From an uncultured Eubacteriales bacterium (GTDB lineage: Bacteria; Actinomycetota; Coriobacteriia; Anaerosomatales; PHET01), in assembly GCA_964492775.1 (NCBI GenBank), contig CAZBLH010000002.1, positions 62,615 through 126,614 on the forward strand: a DNA stretch of 64,000 nt, written 5' to 3'. A model generated the notes under the pieces. It did not search any database, had not been told where the DNA came from, and worked only from the letters and a program-made list of their open reading frames with translations. The position numbers and the translations under genes are program-made. How positions within the stretch are numbered: the first letter of the stretch is position 1; every line of letters starts with the position of its first letter. Of this stretch, positions 63,122 to 64,000 are shown piece after piece.

Positions 63122-63284
63122 GAGCCGGCTTCCGGAGGCCTCCCGGCTCAAGTGGCGTCCGCGATAGCAGAACCCCCGTGCGCGTTCGGTCTCTATGCGT
63201 GTGCGTTGGCGGGACCGAGTACGAAGATGGCGCACGGCATCAGGGTAGAAACCCCGTAGTCTCTTATAAGAAGGAGTCGAGCGA

Positions 63285-63620
63285 GTGACCCCACTCGTGG
63301 GTAGCGTGTACGCAGTAACAGGGGACACCGTTGCTGCCGCTATCGTCGGCCTCGCACTGGGAGTCGGCATGTTCGCCGTTGTGCGCATGAGCGTGCGTTT
63401 TGTCACGCCCGACGCGCCTGAGATCGGCGTCGCCCGCGCACTCGCACTCAACATGCTCGCCATGGGCGCCGCATTTGGCGCGCTCGCCGTCGCCTTCCTG
63501 TTTGCTCGCACGTATCTCACGGCCTTCGGGCTCGGCCTTGTGGTCGGGTTCGTCGTTCCGTCGCTGATCGCGCTCTTCACCATGTCCGGTGTCACGAAGG
63601 CCCTTGGCTCAGGGAGGTAG
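63285..63620 (+). CDS. Small hydrophobic protein upstream of atpB (AtpI-like position)
   Basis: It is 111 aa with 3-4 TM helices and an AAGGAG RBS. It sits where M. tuberculosis has Rv1303, ahead of atpB. Confidence 0.4.
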   Translation: MTPLVGSVYAVTGDTVAAAIVGLALGVGMFAVVRMSVRFVTPDAPEIGVARALALNMLAMGAAFGALAVAFLFARTYLTAFGLGLVVGFVVPSLIALFTMSGVTKALGSGR

Positions 63621-63628
63621 TCAACCGC

Positions 63629-64000
63629 GTGGAAGGTCTTGGCGAAAAGGTACAGGAGCTACTCCATCATCTGGAGGCGGCTCCGCTCTTTGGACACGAG
63701 GGGAGTGAGCTGAACTCGCTCGGCGTAGCGCAGTGGAAGCTGACGCCGGTGTTCACGAACTACATGCTCTTCCTGCTCGTCGGCATCGCATTGTGCCTCG
63801 TCTTCTTCGTTTTCGTGCGCGCCTCGATCGCGAGGTCGCGCAAGAGTGACCTCGTGCCCTCGGGTGTGGGCAACATCGGTGAGGCAGGGTACACGTTCGT
63901 GCGCAGCAATATCGTGCTCGACGTGCTCGGCGAAGAAGGGGCCAAGTACACGTCGTTCGTCGCGACGGTCTTCTTCGCGGTGCTATTTCAGAACCTGCTC
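63629..64000 (+). CDS. atpB: F0F1 ATP synthase subunit a, 3'-truncated by the window end
   Basis: This gene is not in the ORF track because it has no stop in the window. The GTG at 63629 opens a frame that runs to nt 64000. The translation is VEGLGEKVQELLHHLEAAPLFGHEG...FTNYMLFLLVGIALCLVFFVFV...PSGVGNIGEAGYTFVRSNI...FVATVFFAVLFQNLL, which is typical of a subunit-a N-terminus. Confidence 0.75.
   Translation, partial: MEGLGEKVQELLHHLEAAPLFGHEGSELNSLGVAQWKLTPVFTNYMLFLLVGIALCLVFFVFVRASIARSRKSDLVPSGVGNIGEAGYTFVRSNIVLDVLGEEGAKYTSFVATVFFAVLFQNLL

Noticed and set aside
63065-63259. A 64-aa ORF in the atp operon leader.
   Set aside because: It has no RBS, atypical codon third positions, and overlaps the predicted promoter and 5' UTR. 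It is likely non-coding.
1-64000. CRISPR arrays, rRNA genes, IS elements and prophage genes.
   Set aside because: I saw no regularly spaced direct repeats, no rRNA-like conserved stretches, and no transposase, integrase or capsid-like ORFs while reading either strand.

Overview
This is a high-GC, densely coding bacterial chromosome segment, with almost all genes on the + strand and many 4-nt start/stop overlaps (ATGA/GTGA). The gene order argS-lysA-hom-thrB ... rho-rpmE-prfA-prmC-tsaC ... wecA-atpI-atpB, and topo ... tmk-holB-PSP1-tRNA-Thr, matches the backbone I recall from Actinomycetota (e.g. M. tuberculosis Rv1292-Rv1304). I therefore read the host as a monoderm actinobacterium-like organism; this is inference, since no rRNA is in the window. 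The housekeeping content is tatA/tatC, hypA/hypB, mdh, a two-subunit class I fumarase, an 11-gene nuoABCDHIJKLMN operon, htrA, rlmH, thyX, glyA, upp, a dCMP deaminase and the start of the atp operon. Five things stand out. (1) At 1.6-5.5 kb a membrane-anchored NHL beta-propeller, a secreted 7-haem c-type cytochrome and a membrane-anchored ~12-haem NapC/NirT-like cytochrome sit together. They are followed by an orphan B12-domain radical SAM enzyme and late menaquinone genes, and no catalytic reductase is nearby, which makes this a candidate extracellular or novel respiratory electron conduit. (2) Complex I lacks the NuoEFG NADH module, NuoI has a C-terminal tail, and a nearby thioredoxin-reductase-like flavoprotein lacks the NADPH-binding motifs. 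(3) A roughly 7-kb insertion lies between thrB and rho, thrC is absent, and the insertion carries a translationally coupled metallophosphoesterase, putative cyclic-2,3-diphosphoglycerate synthetase, 2-phosphoglycerate kinase, transaldolase and rho. The cDPG pathway is known as an archaeal thermoprotectant route. (4) An archaeal/Topo III-style type IA topoisomerase occupies the topA slot. (5) A ~430-nt non-coding, hairpin-rich gap precedes sppA. I saw no CRISPR array, transposase, integrase or rRNA. All family assignments come from motif recognition by eye and need HMM or BLAST confirmation.
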